64,000 nucleotides of DNA from a virus. Lineage: Duplodnaviria; Caudoviricetes. A program made the translations under genes and the position numbers. Where the stretch lies: positions 1 through 64,000 of the IMG/VR virus record IMGVR_UViG_3300033487_000003. The stretch is one strand, 5' to 3'. Of this stretch, positions 17,856 through 26,742 are shown piece by piece. Every line of letters begins with the position of its first letter. The first letter of the stretch is position 1. Below the pieces are notes generated by a model. The model was given only the letters and a program-made list of their open reading frames with translations, was not told where the DNA came from and ran no database searches.

Positions 17856-18742
17856 AACCGTTTTACCCCATTGACGCGCTGATCAGCCATCACTATTTCC
17901 GCGAACCCCGCCAGGTCGCCGAGGTCATGCAGCTCCAACAGGCCGGCATCACCCGCTTCATCGGAGACTCCGGAGCGTTCTCCGCCCTGTCCCTCGGCGC
18001 GACAGTCGACCTACCAACCTACGCGACCTGGTGCCGTACCTGGTGGAACCGGTTCTGTTGGTGCGCGTCTCTCGACGTCATCGGCGACCCTCGCGGTTCC
18101 TGGGAGAACTGGCACACCCTCCGCGACAAGTACGACCTACTTACCGTCCCAACGCTGCACGCTGGGTGCGGAACGGAATGGTTGGACGCGTACGCCCACG
18201 AGGGCGTTGACCTCATCGGTCTCGGAGGAATGGCCAGCAAGGTCCAGGCTCCCCGCGCGTTTCGGTGGGTACTGGAGATGATCCGCCATGCTAGGGATCA
18301 CTGGCCTGTGGTGCGGTTCCACCTCTGGGGAGTGATCGGACATAACTTCCTGGAAACCTTTCCCGTCTGGTCAGCGGACTCCTCTGGCCTGCTGATCAAG
18401 GCCGCGAAGTTTGGGGATCTACGGCTGTTCGACCCAGCACTGGGTGCCAACCGCACCGTGCCGTTACGAGGTAACGCTGTGTACAAGATCGGAAGACTTT
18501 TACGGAAAACCTACGGCGTCGACCCTGCGATGATCGAGCGCTCGCACAGCGGTAACCGTGATCTGCTGATGCGTCTCCAGATCACCTCGGCGCAGTACTA
18601 CGCGGACTTTCTCCAACGCCGCCACCAGGTCACCCCACCGGTGATGTTCCGAGACGGGGCAGCCGCCCGGTTGCGTGGTCCCAGACTGCACATCGTCGAT
18701 ACCAACTTCGACCAGCTCAAACCGATGCTCAACGAGCGGTAG
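17852..18742 (+). CDS. TGT-fold (DpdA-like) guanine transglycosylase, paralogue 2
   Basis: same motifs (GDSGAFS, LDVIGD, PTLH, IGLGG, FHLWG, SADSS); shares DNA identity blocks with paralogue 1. Confidence 0.7.
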   Translation: MKPFYPIDALISHHYFREPRQVAEVMQLQQAGITRFIGDSGAFSALSLGATVDLPTYATWCRTWWNRFCWCASLDVIGDPRGSWENWHTLRDKYDLLTVPTLHAGCGTEWLDAYAHEGVDLIGLGGMASKVQAPRAFRWVLEMIRHARDHWPVVRFHLWGVIGHNFLETFPVWSADSSGLLIKAAKFGDLRLFDPALGANRTVPLRGNAVYKIGRLLRKTYGVDPAMIERSHSGNRDLLMRLQITSAQYYADFLQRRHQVTPPVMFRDGAAARLRGPRLHIVDTNFDQLKPMLNER

Positions 18743-18780
18743 CCGGATCCCAGACAGTGATGGTCTGGGATCCGGCTACC
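18738..18780. terminator. bidirectional terminator hairpin
   Basis: 18-bp inverted repeat GGTAGCCGGATCCCAGAC between convergent genes. Confidence 0.75.
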
Positions 18781-18796
18781 GACCGGCTAGGAAATA

Positions 18797-19204
18797 TCAG
18801 AAAGTATCGAGTTGCTCGTCTCCCCTGACACCTTGCGGATGATCAGGGCACCCACACGACGCGTAGGAATTAATAATGATGTCGGCGTAGACGACGAACC
18901 GCGTCGCGTCGATGACCTCCTTAGCCGTCTGTAGCGTCACCCAGTTCGGCCGGTTACGGAGCCTGCCGAGATTAGCCAATGCCCGCTCATGGTTGGTGAT
19001 CGCTCCCCGCAGCCGAGCGACGATCTGAGTGTCGCGCACACGATCGGACAACGCGTCGACAATGTCCTGACTCTTCGCGTAGAACCTCGCCGTCTTGGCT
19101 GCACTGCGCTCATCTGGCGGACGCATCTCATAGCAGATCTCAGCCTCGACGGTGGTGTACAGGTCGTCGATCAGCTCGCCGATGGGACGATCGGACAGCG
19201 ACAT
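18797..19204 (-). CDS. hypothetical protein
   Basis: GAAAGG SD; own promoter TTGCGA-17-TAAACT. Confidence 0.55.
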   Translation of the reverse strand: MSLSDRPIGELIDDLYTTVEAEICYEMRPPDERSAAKTARFYAKSQDIVDALSDRVRDTQIVARLRGAITNHERALANLGRLRNRPNWVTLQTAKEVIDATRFVVYADIIINSYASCGCPDHPQGVRGDEQLDTF

Positions 19205-19235
19205 GGTGATCACCTTTCTGTGTGGTCGAACTGAC

Positions 19236-19291
19236 CATCACAGTTTACGGTCCCCCGAAATATTTCGCAACGGGTATGGGTAGTATGAGGT
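19236..19291. promoter_or_regulatory. divergent promoters around a CCCG...CGGG palindrome
   Basis: minus: TTGCGA-17-TAAACT; plus: TAGTAT + 5 nt + ATG 19292. Confidence 0.65.
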
Positions 19292-19831
19292 ATGGCACAA
19301 CATCGACCATCACGCTTCACCCTCCCCGCATTTCCCCCACCAGCCCCATCGTCGACCCGCGCACCACGACGCCGAATCGAAGCAGGCTTCCAAGCAGCGG
19401 TCATCGACCTCATCACCTATCGGCAGCTGTGGTGCTTCCACCTGACAGACTCCCGTACCGCCCCGGCGGGCTGGCTGGACCTGACGATCCTCGGCCAGGG
19501 CGGTATCCTGTTCCGCGAACTCAAGACCGCGACCGGACGCCTGTCCAAGGCGCAGAAACATGTCATCGGACTGCTAGAAGCCGCCGGACGAGACGTCAAG
19601 GTCTGGCGGCCCGTAGACCTCCAGTCAGGGCTGATCGTCCGGGAACTCGACACGATCCGTCGACCACGTCCCCGACTCCAACCCGAGGACGTCGCCTGGC
19701 TAGTGCGCGAGCTACGCGGCTACGACCAGGCACGTCCAACCGGAGACCAGGTTTGGTCCCACTGGCGGAACCTGCTAGAGATCATGCTCAAAGTTGACGT
19801 CGGAACTCTCGACACCACCACGAACCACTAG
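19292..19831 (+). CDS. VRR-NUC domain nuclease
   Basis: EAGFQ..V.DL, GWLDL.I, FRELKT.TGRLS.AQ and VWRP motifs. Confidence 0.8.
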   Translation: MAQHRPSRFTLPAFPPPAPSSTRAPRRRIEAGFQAAVIDLITYRQLWCFHLTDSRTAPAGWLDLTILGQGGILFRELKTATGRLSKAQKHVIGLLEAAGRDVKVWRPVDLQSGLIVRELDTIRRPRPRLQPEDVAWLVRELRGYDQARPTGDQVWSHWRNLLEIMLKVDVGTLDTTTNH

Positions 19832-19840
19832 GAGAAACAG

Positions 19841-20122
19841 ATGTTGGTGACTATTCAGGTCGAGTCTGACTCGACCGTACTGGAGATCCGTCAGGAGAAT
19901 TTGCTACCACATATGACATCACAGAAGACATTCGACGCAAACCTGGTTTCCGCCGTAGTGACGATGGGCGAGTGCGCTGGTCGGATGATCGCCGCTCTGG
20001 TAGCTGGGGGTGAAACGCCGATAGACGTCATGATCGAAGAGTTTCAGAAGAAAGTCATTCGATCGGCGCGGAGCAGCATCTCTGATACGGCGCACGTCTG
20101 TGATGGGACTGGGTGCCGCTGA
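19841..20122 (+). CDS. hypothetical protein
   Basis: AGGAGA SD; terminator follows. Confidence 0.55.
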   Translation: MLVTIQVESDSTVLEIRQENLLPHMTSQKTFDANLVSAVVTMGECAGRMIAALVAGGETPIDVMIEEFQKKVIRSARSSISDTAHVCDGTGCR

Positions 20123-20147
20123 GGGTTCCTCAGGTTTCGTATTTACC

Positions 20148-20183
20148 GTGACCCCGAACAGTGTGTTCGGGGTCACATTTTTC
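20148..20183 (+). terminator. intrinsic terminator
   Basis: GTGACCCCGAACA/TGTTCGGGGTCAC + ATTTTTC. Confidence 0.8.
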
Positions 20184-20191
20184 GGGAGGGA

Positions 20192-20227
20192 GTGACAGAA
20201 CACTCCGGGGGGACGTAGACTTGTGGC
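20192..20227 (+). promoter_or_regulatory. cassette promoter, right arm only (leaderless)
   Basis: GTGACA-18-TAGACT-6-ATG with CGGGGGGACG in the spacer. Confidence 0.75.
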
Positions 20228-20800
20228 ATGACGACAATGACCCTCAAGACCGAAAACGCCCAGATCATCGTGGAAGTCATCAGCTACATGTCCTCCAGGA
20301 CGGTCCTCCGTGGGGTTACGGAAATCAACACCCTGCTCGATGACGCCATCACCTACGTCACCAACAGGCACCGCTACAACCACCGCTACAACCACAACTG
20401 CGCCGACTCCAAAGGGTGCCAGTTTGGCAATCCGGAGCACATCGACCGTCTGCTCTCCGAAGCCAAGTACTACATCGTGAACTTCGTTCGTGTTTACGCC
20501 ACTCCCACCTCCAAAGAACTTCGGGAACTGGCGGATCTGATCGAGGCAGCTAGCAATCTCTACCTCGGCATCCTCGCCGCGCGCGACGAGGGCATGCTTG
20601 CCATCCCCGAGGACGCCGAGGTAGAGATCAAGTTCGGACATGCGAGCGGCTCCGACATCACGATCGTCGTATCCGCGATCGACCCGGGTGGTCTCCCCAT
20701 CCTGGACCAGGTCCACACCGTGATCGGTGAAATCCTCGCCGACTCGACCTGGTGCGATTACACCCACGCCACCATCGCTGGTTCTCTGATCGCCCAGTAG
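20228..20800 (+). CDS. hypothetical protein
   Basis: leaderless ATG; internal 12-bp repeat (HRYN x2). Confidence 0.65.
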   Translation: MTTMTLKTENAQIIVEVISYMSSRTVLRGVTEINTLLDDAITYVTNRHRYNHRYNHNCADSKGCQFGNPEHIDRLLSEAKYYIVNFVRVYATPTSKELRELADLIEAASNLYLGILAARDEGMLAIPEDAEVEIKFGHASGSDITIVVSAIDPGGLPILDQVHTVIGEILADSTWCDYTHATIAGSLIAQ

Positions 20801-20822
20801 TCAGCCACCACCCAAATATCCC

Positions 20823-20870
20823 ACGTCCCCCCGTAGCGTCTATGCTATGGGGGGACGTATACTTGTGGGA
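20823..20870 (+). promoter_or_regulatory. palindromic cassette promoter
   Basis: ACGTCCCCCCGTAGC-GTCTAT-GCTATGGGGGGACGT; -10 TATACT; short leader with GGAGG. Confidence 0.75.
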
Positions 20871-20897
20871 GTACCGCACATCAAACCGGAGGACCCC

Positions 20898-21530
20898 ATG
20901 ACCAGAGCGAACTACCAAACCGGAGCGCTCCGCGCACTCAAATACCTGGCAGACAGTTCCATGAGCAACAACGTTCCGCTACGAACCAAAATCGAACACG
21001 TGATCGAATACTACGAACTGGTCGAGCTGAAAGACTTCGCCGACGCGATCGACTACGCGATGCACTACCTCGCCATAGCAGCGAGGCAGGTCCCCACCGC
21101 GTTCGTACCGTCGATGACCTCCGTCGCCGACCTCATCGAAGTCGACCGCACCTACACCATCGGATCAATCTGTCGACAGGCGATAGAGCTCATGACCTGC
21201 GACATGCCCCCCAGCATCCTCGATCACCAGCTGGCAGCGCAGGCTCTCCGAGGAATCGCCCACACCATCACCACGACACCCGGGGATACGATTCTGAATC
21301 TTCTCAACTCGGCCACGTTCGGCGCTCTGATCCGGAAAGAGCTTAAGCAACCCGGCTACCACGACGCCGACCACCCGAACTGCATCCGTAGAGCCATCTG
21401 CGCCAGACTCACCAAGGCCGCAGACCAGGAAGTCAACCTGGAGAACTTCCCCCTGGACGTCGTCCCACTGACTAGCCTGGTTGGTCTGTTCAACCGGGCA
21501 GCGAACATGGTCGATCCGATCTGGCCGTAA
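20898..21530 (+). CDS. hypothetical protein
   Basis: GGAGG SD before ATG 20898. Confidence 0.65.
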   Translation: MTRANYQTGALRALKYLADSSMSNNVPLRTKIEHVIEYYELVELKDFADAIDYAMHYLAIAARQVPTAFVPSMTSVADLIEVDRTYTIGSICRQAIELMTCDMPPSILDHQLAAQALRGIAHTITTTPGDTILNLLNSATFGALIRKELKQPGYHDADHPNCIRRAICARLTKAADQEVNLENFPLDVVPLTSLVGLFNRAANMVDPIWP

Positions 21531-21551
21531 CGGTCCAGAACCCAGACGAGG
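21474..21551 (+). repeat. 78-bp direct repeat, copy 1 (copy 2 at 22709-22786)
   Basis: 70/78 identical by manual alignment. Confidence 0.9.
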
Positions 21552-21641
21552 TAGACGACCTCATAGACGATGCCCTTGGCATCTGACCAATCCACCTGGC
21601 CCGATGGACAACCACCGGGCCGCAACCACGAAAGGACAACC

Positions 21642-22631
21642 GTGAGCAAAATCTACTTCCACACCCTGACCCACACGGTAGAACTCATGGGCTCCGAACG
21701 CGGCTGGCTCCGCGCTGTGGCCGCGAACACCGCTCGACCCTGGTGGGGCCTGGACGGATCAATACCAACAAGCGAATGGACCTCACACCGGGCATTCGAC
21801 ATCATCGACATGATTACCCCCGGGACGTGTGGCCAATACGTCATCGACGTCGCCAGATCCGTCCGGAACGGCCGATACGACGACGCCACGATCAAGACCC
21901 TCATCGACGTCCTCGCCACCTGCCTTCGCGTCAACGACGTCCCATTCCGCGTCGGCGACCACGTCGTGTCGTCGGCGAACGTCGAACTCAACACCGCGCT
22001 CGCCACCGGCAACGACCTCGTGTGCCTTGCCGCGAAGATCCACGGATGGTGTGAGATCCACCCCTGGTTCGAGGAGACCGACCGAGCGTGGTGCGCTGAC
22101 ATCATCGAACGCGCCCTCACGGCCGGCGTGTACCGCTCCGGTCTGTGGTACACCGGCCACTGCGGGCAACGCACCTGGTGCGAGCAGGGATGGACGGATG
22201 TCGTCGCCCTTCTCCGTGACACCACCACACACCCCGGACCGGTAGTCCTGTCCTACTCGATTTGCGACGGATTTCCGAATCCCGACGTAGCCCTCACCAT
22301 GCCGACCTGGCCGAACGGAATCCCCAAGGACTGGAATGCATTGACCACGGTCCAGCAAGAAGAACGCCGTACGGCGATCACGGCCTGGTACAACCTCCCC
22401 GAATCCCAACAGTGGGAGACCGCCATGGACGGTATCCGCCGTGACCAGTCATGGGCGAACATCGGACCGACGAACCTCACGACCACCACGTTTGGTCCGC
22501 CCATCACCCTGTTCGACCTGTTTCATACGGACAGAGTCGACCGAGTTCACGCGGCGTACGCCTCTGCCGTAGTAGACGGAAAAGCCGAAGATACGGCACG
22601 GAATGACCCGAGGAGAACAGGCGACAGATGA
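21642..22631 (+). CDS. hypothetical protein
   Basis: AAAGGA SD, GTG start; long ORF with protein-like composition. Confidence 0.7.
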   Translation: MSKIYFHTLTHTVELMGSERGWLRAVAANTARPWWGLDGSIPTSEWTSHRAFDIIDMITPGTCGQYVIDVARSVRNGRYDDATIKTLIDVLATCLRVNDVPFRVGDHVVSSANVELNTALATGNDLVCLAAKIHGWCEIHPWFEETDRAWCADIIERALTAGVYRSGLWYTGHCGQRTWCEQGWTDVVALLRDTTTHPGPVVLSYSICDGFPNPDVALTMPTWPNGIPKDWNALTTVQQEERRTAITAWYNLPESQQWETAMDGIRRDQSWANIGPTNLTTTTFGPPITLFDLFHTDRVDRVHAAYASAVVDGKAEDTARNDPRRTGDR

Positions 22632-22765
22632 CCAGCATGATCTTCAAGGTTGATCCGGAATCCGACGCCGACCGATACATGATCTAGTCCACCGTGAACG
22701 ACATGCCGAGCCTGGTCGGTTTGTCAAACCGGGCAGCGAACATGGTCGACCCGATCTGGTCGTAA
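22628..22765 (+). pseudogene. chimeric gene fragment with internal TAG
   Basis: MTSMIFKVDPESDADRYMI*STVNDMP then SLVGLSNRAANMVDPIWS, which copies the C-terminus of the 20898 gene. Confidence 0.55.
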
Positions 22766-22786
22766 CAGTCCAGAACCCAAACGAGG
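22709..22786 (+). repeat. 78-bp direct repeat, copy 2
   Basis: matches 21474-21551. Confidence 0.9.
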
Positions 22787-22818
22787 GACGCCCCGAAAAC
22801 ATCCGGGGCGTCCCTCGT
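22781..22818. terminator. bidirectional terminator hairpin
   Basis: 15-bp inverted repeat ACGAGGGACGCCCCG between convergent genes. Confidence 0.75.
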
Positions 22819-22832
22819 CGTTCGACCACCCG

Positions 22833-23744
22833 CTACCCACCCAGCATAGCCGCGAACGCAGCCTGATGACGCACCTCATCACCCCGGATCTCGACGAACA
22901 GCTCAGCTTCCGCCACATCACCAACAGCCGTCGCCTCACCCGCCCACGTCGCATACGAGGCGACCGCACCATCCTCAGCCGCGAGCGCCGACGTGAGATT
23001 CTCCGTGGTGTCGACCGAGACCAGGCCAGCAAGACTGGCCAGCTCAGCGAAGTGCTCGTACAACTCGATCTCCGACAGACGCAGGAAGAACGCCCCAACG
23101 GTCGTGTTACCGCGCTGATAGGCAGCTTGCGAGAACATCAGGTACCGCGCCGACGCGAACGCCTCACCACGCATCGCCGCCCACAGATTCGTCAGGGTCC
23201 GTCCCGTTGACTGCGTCGGTCCGGCAACGATCGCAACCGGACTGACCGTGGGCAGTACTGGCCACCTACCGCCGACTCTCACGACGTGTCGGACCCGCGT
23301 CAGCGTCCTCTGGTGCGAGCACTCGTCTCTGGCCAACTCCGCGAACAACTCCTCAGCCACCACGTCTCCGTCAACGCCAGCCTGAGCAGAGAACCCCGGA
23401 TAGAGCGTCCTGGCCTCGGCGCGCTCATCGACGATCGCCGTCCCGAGATTCGCCACGTCCGAACCGACCAGCTGGTACGCGGCGGCCAGCTGGGAAAAGT
23501 GATCGTCTCTCTCCTCGTTGGCGGTCGCGACCAGCAAGCTGGCGACATCCGGGTTTCCGGTAGCAGTCGCGCGTACCGACCAGGCGTGATATTCGGCGTA
23601 CGCAAGCGCCTCATCGTGCATCGCGGTCGACAGGTTGATAGTGGTCTGTCCGGACGTGGCGACTGCCGGATGACCCGACCCAGCGACCAGGGCGCAGACC
23701 AACCCGCCAGCAACGATCACGTTCGTCAGTGCTCTGAAACGCAT
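22833..23744 (-). CDS. secreted tandem rubrerythrin/ferritin-like di-iron protein
   Basis: Sec-type signal peptide (AVA cleavage site); two repeats of NL..AM..EA.A...Y / E..xH / E...Y / DE..H; no rubredoxin CxxC; AGGAGG SD. Confidence 0.8.
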   Translation of the reverse strand: MRFRALTNVIVAGGLVCALVAGSGHPAVATSGQTTINLSTAMHDEALAYAEYHAWSVRATATGNPDVASLLVATANEERDDHFSQLAAAYQLVGSDVANLGTAIVDERAEARTLYPGFSAQAGVDGDVVAEELFAELARDECSHQRTLTRVRHVVRVGGRWPVLPTVSPVAIVAGPTQSTGRTLTNLWAAMRGEAFASARYLMFSQAAYQRGNTTVGAFFLRLSEIELYEHFAELASLAGLVSVDTTENLTSALAAEDGAVASYATWAGEATAVGDVAEAELFVEIRGDEVRHQAAFAAMLGG

Positions 23745-24012
23745 TTCGTGTCCCTCCTACGATTGAGTGATGACTGGATTCACCATCTTGCATACCACCG
23801 AGGATGACTCCACGGCATCCGCCACGCAGCAATAAGGTGTCTATCTGCCGTAGGGCTACCCCATACGAGGTCTGATCGAGGACGGTTCGCGAGTGAGGAT
23901 GCTCCGGAGAAGGCGATCTGTCATACGCAAGAGGGGAGCGAATTACTTCGTCCAGTAGTTGATCAAGTCTAGGGACGCCGCGAAACGTAAGATAGCGGAC
24001 TACAAAGACTGG

Positions 24013-24056
24013 CCCCACCCGTTGTCGAAACCTACGGGGTAGGGTAGACTTTTGGT
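24013..24056 (+). promoter_or_regulatory. variant palindromic cassette promoter (leaderless)
   Basis: CCCCACCCG-TTGTCG-17-TAGACT-6-ATG with CGGGGTAGGG arm. Confidence 0.75.
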
Positions 24057-24404
24057 ATGGCGAACGACATCACCCACACCTACACCAACGACGGCAACGA
24101 AAACCCCTACACCGTCTATCGCATACTCCAGGAAACCGGCAACAGGCTCATGACCACCGACAGCGTGGTCGAAGCGATCGAAGCAGCCATGACCGAAATC
24201 GTTCCCAACGTCTCCGATCCCGGAGACCACTTTGCCGCAGCCCTCGACGTAGCCGTAAACGCCGGCATCTCCTTCTTCGACGGAATCACCGACCAGCCCT
24301 GGCTGGTACGTCGTGGACGCGAGGAGACCCTTCTTGCCGAGGCTCTCGTCTACGCTCGTCAGCTGTGCCCCGCCGTATTCACCTTCACCCCGCGTATCGG
24401 CTGA
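24057..24404 (+). CDS. hypothetical protein
   Basis: leaderless ATG; terminator follows. Confidence 0.65.
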   Translation: MANDITHTYTNDGNENPYTVYRILQETGNRLMTTDSVVEAIEAAMTEIVPNVSDPGDHFAAALDVAVNAGISFFDGITDQPWLVRRGREETLLAEALVYARQLCPAVFTFTPRIG

Positions 24405-24413
24405 TCAAACACT

Positions 24414-24449
24414 GAAGTGCCCGCTAACCTTCGTGGTGGCGGGCACTTC
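24414..24449. terminator. hairpin between convergent genes
   Basis: GAAGTGCCCGC/GCGGGCACTTC. Confidence 0.6.
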
Positions 24450-24471
24450 CCATTTTCAAGACCAACAAAGG

Positions 24472-24726
24472 TCAGGGAGCGTTTCCGTCAGCGTACGGAC
24501 GGTTTCCGAGAACTCCTAGGAGCCATTCGGCAGCCCACCGGTACATGCCCTCGCAGACGATCATCTCCCGCCATCCCTCGTCGCATCGGATCATGTAGCG
24601 GTCGGTGGCGTCTCCGGTGTCTTCCAGCACCATCGTGTACGTCGGACACTCCGGAGTTGGCCGGGATGTCACATATCCAGTTTCACCCATTTTGTCTTCC
24701 TTTCTAGACACGGGATGGGGTCGCAC
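24472..24726 (-). CDS. small hypothetical protein
   Basis: protein-like ORF (DRYMIRCDEGWRE.IVCE.MY.WAA.WL); start uncertain. Confidence 0.5.
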   Translation of the reverse strand: MRPHPVSRKEDKMGETGYVTSRPTPECPTYTMVLEDTGDATDRYMIRCDEGWREMIVCEGMYRWAAEWLLGVLGNRPYADGNAP

Positions 24727-24796
24727 GGGGAGACCCTCCCTACCCCACGAACAACATCATGATCATACTTAGGTGACAACCCCATCGGGAGGAACC

Positions 24797-25546
24797 ATGT
24801 CTTATGCCGTCGTCGTCCTGTCCGGAGGACTGGACTCCACCGTGGCGCTCTGGAGTGAGCTGCTGACCGCCACGATCGATCTTCGGCTAGGGCCCACGAT
24901 CGAAGAAAGATGTGCCAGAGGTGTCACCGCCGTAACTGTCGATTACGGCCAACGTCACCGCAGGGAGATCAGCGCCGCGCGCGCGGTGGTCGAGTGCTGG
25001 CAAGCTGAAGCCGCCCACCGTATGAGCGAAGGACGGCGAGCTATCACGCTCGACCACGTGATTGTCGAGGCGCCGAGCCTCGGCCACGTGCTGTCAGGGT
25101 CTGCGCTTACCGACCAGACGATAGCCGTCCCCCACGGTCACTACACGGCGCCCACGATGGTGGACACGATCGTCCCGAACCGAAATATGATCATTTCCTC
25201 GATCGCGGCGGGAATCGCCGTGGCGCGTAAAGCGGAACGCCTCGTACTCGGCGTTCATGCTGGGGACCATCCGATCTATCCCGACTGTCGTCCAGAGTTC
25301 GTGCAGTCGCTACAGCACTGCATTCAGGTCGGCACGGGAACACGACTTCATGTAGATGCCCCGTTCCTGACCATGACGAAAGACCAGATCGTCAGAATGG
25401 GCGCCGATATGGCCACACCCATGAATCTGACATGGTCGTGCTACCAGGGCGGCAACAAGCACTGCGGAAAGTGCGGTACCTGCGTGGAACGACGCGAGGC
25501 GTTCTCCCTCGCGAACGTAAGCGACCCAACCGAATACGAGGAGTGA
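24797..25546 (+). CDS. queC: 7-cyano-7-deazaguanine synthase QueC
   Basis: LSGGLDST, DYGQRH, VPNRN, YPDCRPEF, TWSCY..HCGKCGTCVER. Confidence 0.95.
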   Translation: MSYAVVVLSGGLDSTVALWSELLTATIDLRLGPTIEERCARGVTAVTVDYGQRHRREISAARAVVECWQAEAAHRMSEGRRAITLDHVIVEAPSLGHVLSGSALTDQTIAVPHGHYTAPTMVDTIVPNRNMIISSIAAGIAVARKAERLVLGVHAGDHPIYPDCRPEFVQSLQHCIQVGTGTRLHVDAPFLTMTKDQIVRMGADMATPMNLTWSCYQGGNKHCGKCGTCVERREAFSLANVSDPTEYEE

Positions 25547-25547
25547 C

Positions 25548-26030
25548 ATGTATCGGATTACGAAACGGTGGAAGTTCGACGCCGCACACCAACTACACGG
25601 ACTCCCCGACGACCACAAGTGTGGTCGACTTCATGGTCACACCTACACCGTGGAAGTCGAGGTATCAGCGGAAGACCTTGACGATCGTGGATTTGTGGTC
25701 GACTTCGCCGACCTCGCACCGGTCAAGCAGCTGATCGACGGAGTTTACGATCATAGGTTCCTCAACGACATCTTGCCAGCGTCATTCAACCCGACGGCGG
25801 AGAATCTGGCCTCGCTGCTCTACGCGCATATCACGATGATCTACCACGTGCGTGGTCGATCGGCTACGAATGACCCTATCGATCTTGAAATCGTCCTGCC
25901 ACGTTGCGAACCGCTCCTACTTCACAAGGTCGTACCACTACGGGAAGGGGTAGAGATCACCGCTATCCGCGTGTCGGAGACCGGATCCAGCTGGGCGGAG
26001 TACCGGAATGACCTCCCTGCCAGTCGTTGA
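25548..26030 (+). CDS. queD: 6-carboxy-5,6,7,8-tetrahydropterin synthase QueD
   Basis: FDAAH.L, CGRLHGHTY, DHRFLND, PTAENLA and SET motifs. Confidence 0.95.
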   Translation: MYRITKRWKFDAAHQLHGLPDDHKCGRLHGHTYTVEVEVSAEDLDDRGFVVDFADLAPVKQLIDGVYDHRFLNDILPASFNPTAENLASLLYAHITMIYHVRGRSATNDPIDLEIVLPRCEPLLLHKVVPLREGVEITAIRVSETGSSWAEYRNDLPASR

Positions 26031-26742
26031 GATCATCGGCCCTACCGTGCAGGGAGAAGGACCACGCGTCGGTCGCCGCGTCGCCCTGATCCGTCTCGGA
26101 GGATGCAATCTGACCTGCGAATCCTGCGATACCCGGTACTCCTGGGACGGTAGCGAACCAACAGTTCAGGCCGGAAACCAGGCGATCATGGAACAGCTGG
26201 CGGACGTCGCAGGGAAACACCCCCTGTACCAGGTCGTCATCACGGGTGGAGAACCGCTTATCCACCAAAATCGAAACGCGTTCCGGGAACTCGTCATCGG
26301 CATACTCGCTCGGGGTATGTCGGTAGAGATCGAGACGAACGGCACGATCGTCCCCGCGCCATGGTTTCAGCCCCGACTGGTCGCGGGTGGTCTCGACGTC
26401 GTGGCGGTGTCGTTCTGCGTGTCTCCAAAGATCGTGGGAGGGCTCGCGACCGATCCCGAACCGAAACGGATCAAGGGAAACGCATTGCGTTGGTTCGCAG
26501 CGTGTGACTGCGCCACATTCAAGATCGTTTGCCGGACCGTGGACGACGTCACCCGTATCGGCACCTGGGCCGACATCAACCACATCAACCGCCACCAAAT
26601 CTGGATCATGCCGGAGGGTGCCACCTGGAATGATCACATCACACGAGCGCGCGCGCTCGTCGACCGCATCCTGACCGAGGGAATGCATATCTCTTCCCGG
26701 CTACACCTGGGACTGTGGCCAACCACGATGAGGGGACGTTGA
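26008..26742 (+). CDS. queE: 7-carboxy-7-deazaguanine synthase QueE (radical SAM)
   Basis: TVQGEG, GCNLTCESCDT (CxxxCxxC), ITGGEP, IETNGT, SPK, RLH. Confidence 0.95.
   Translation: MTSLPVVEIIGPTVQGEGPRVGRRVALIRLGGCNLTCESCDTRYSWDGSEPTVQAGNQAIMEQLADVAGKHPLYQVVITGGEPLIHQNRNAFRELVIGILARGMSVEIETNGTIVPAPWFQPRLVAGGLDVVAVSFCVSPKIVGGLATDPEPKRIKGNALRWFAACDCATFKIVCRTVDDVTRIGTWADINHINRHQIWIMPEGATWNDHITRARALVDRILTEGMHISSRLHLGLWPTTMRGR

Noticed and set aside
16968-18742. tRNA-modifying queuine tRNA-ribosyltransferases
   Set aside because: No Zn-binding subdomain, no tRNA genes seen, and linkage to ParB, terminase and preQ0 genes fits DNA modification better; not experimentally excluded
22685-22687. Stop-codon reassignment (TAG here and TGA at 10427 at apparent Trp positions)
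   Set aside because: Both lie in degenerate fragments, involve different stops, many intact genes end in TAG or TGA, and no suppressor tRNA is visible
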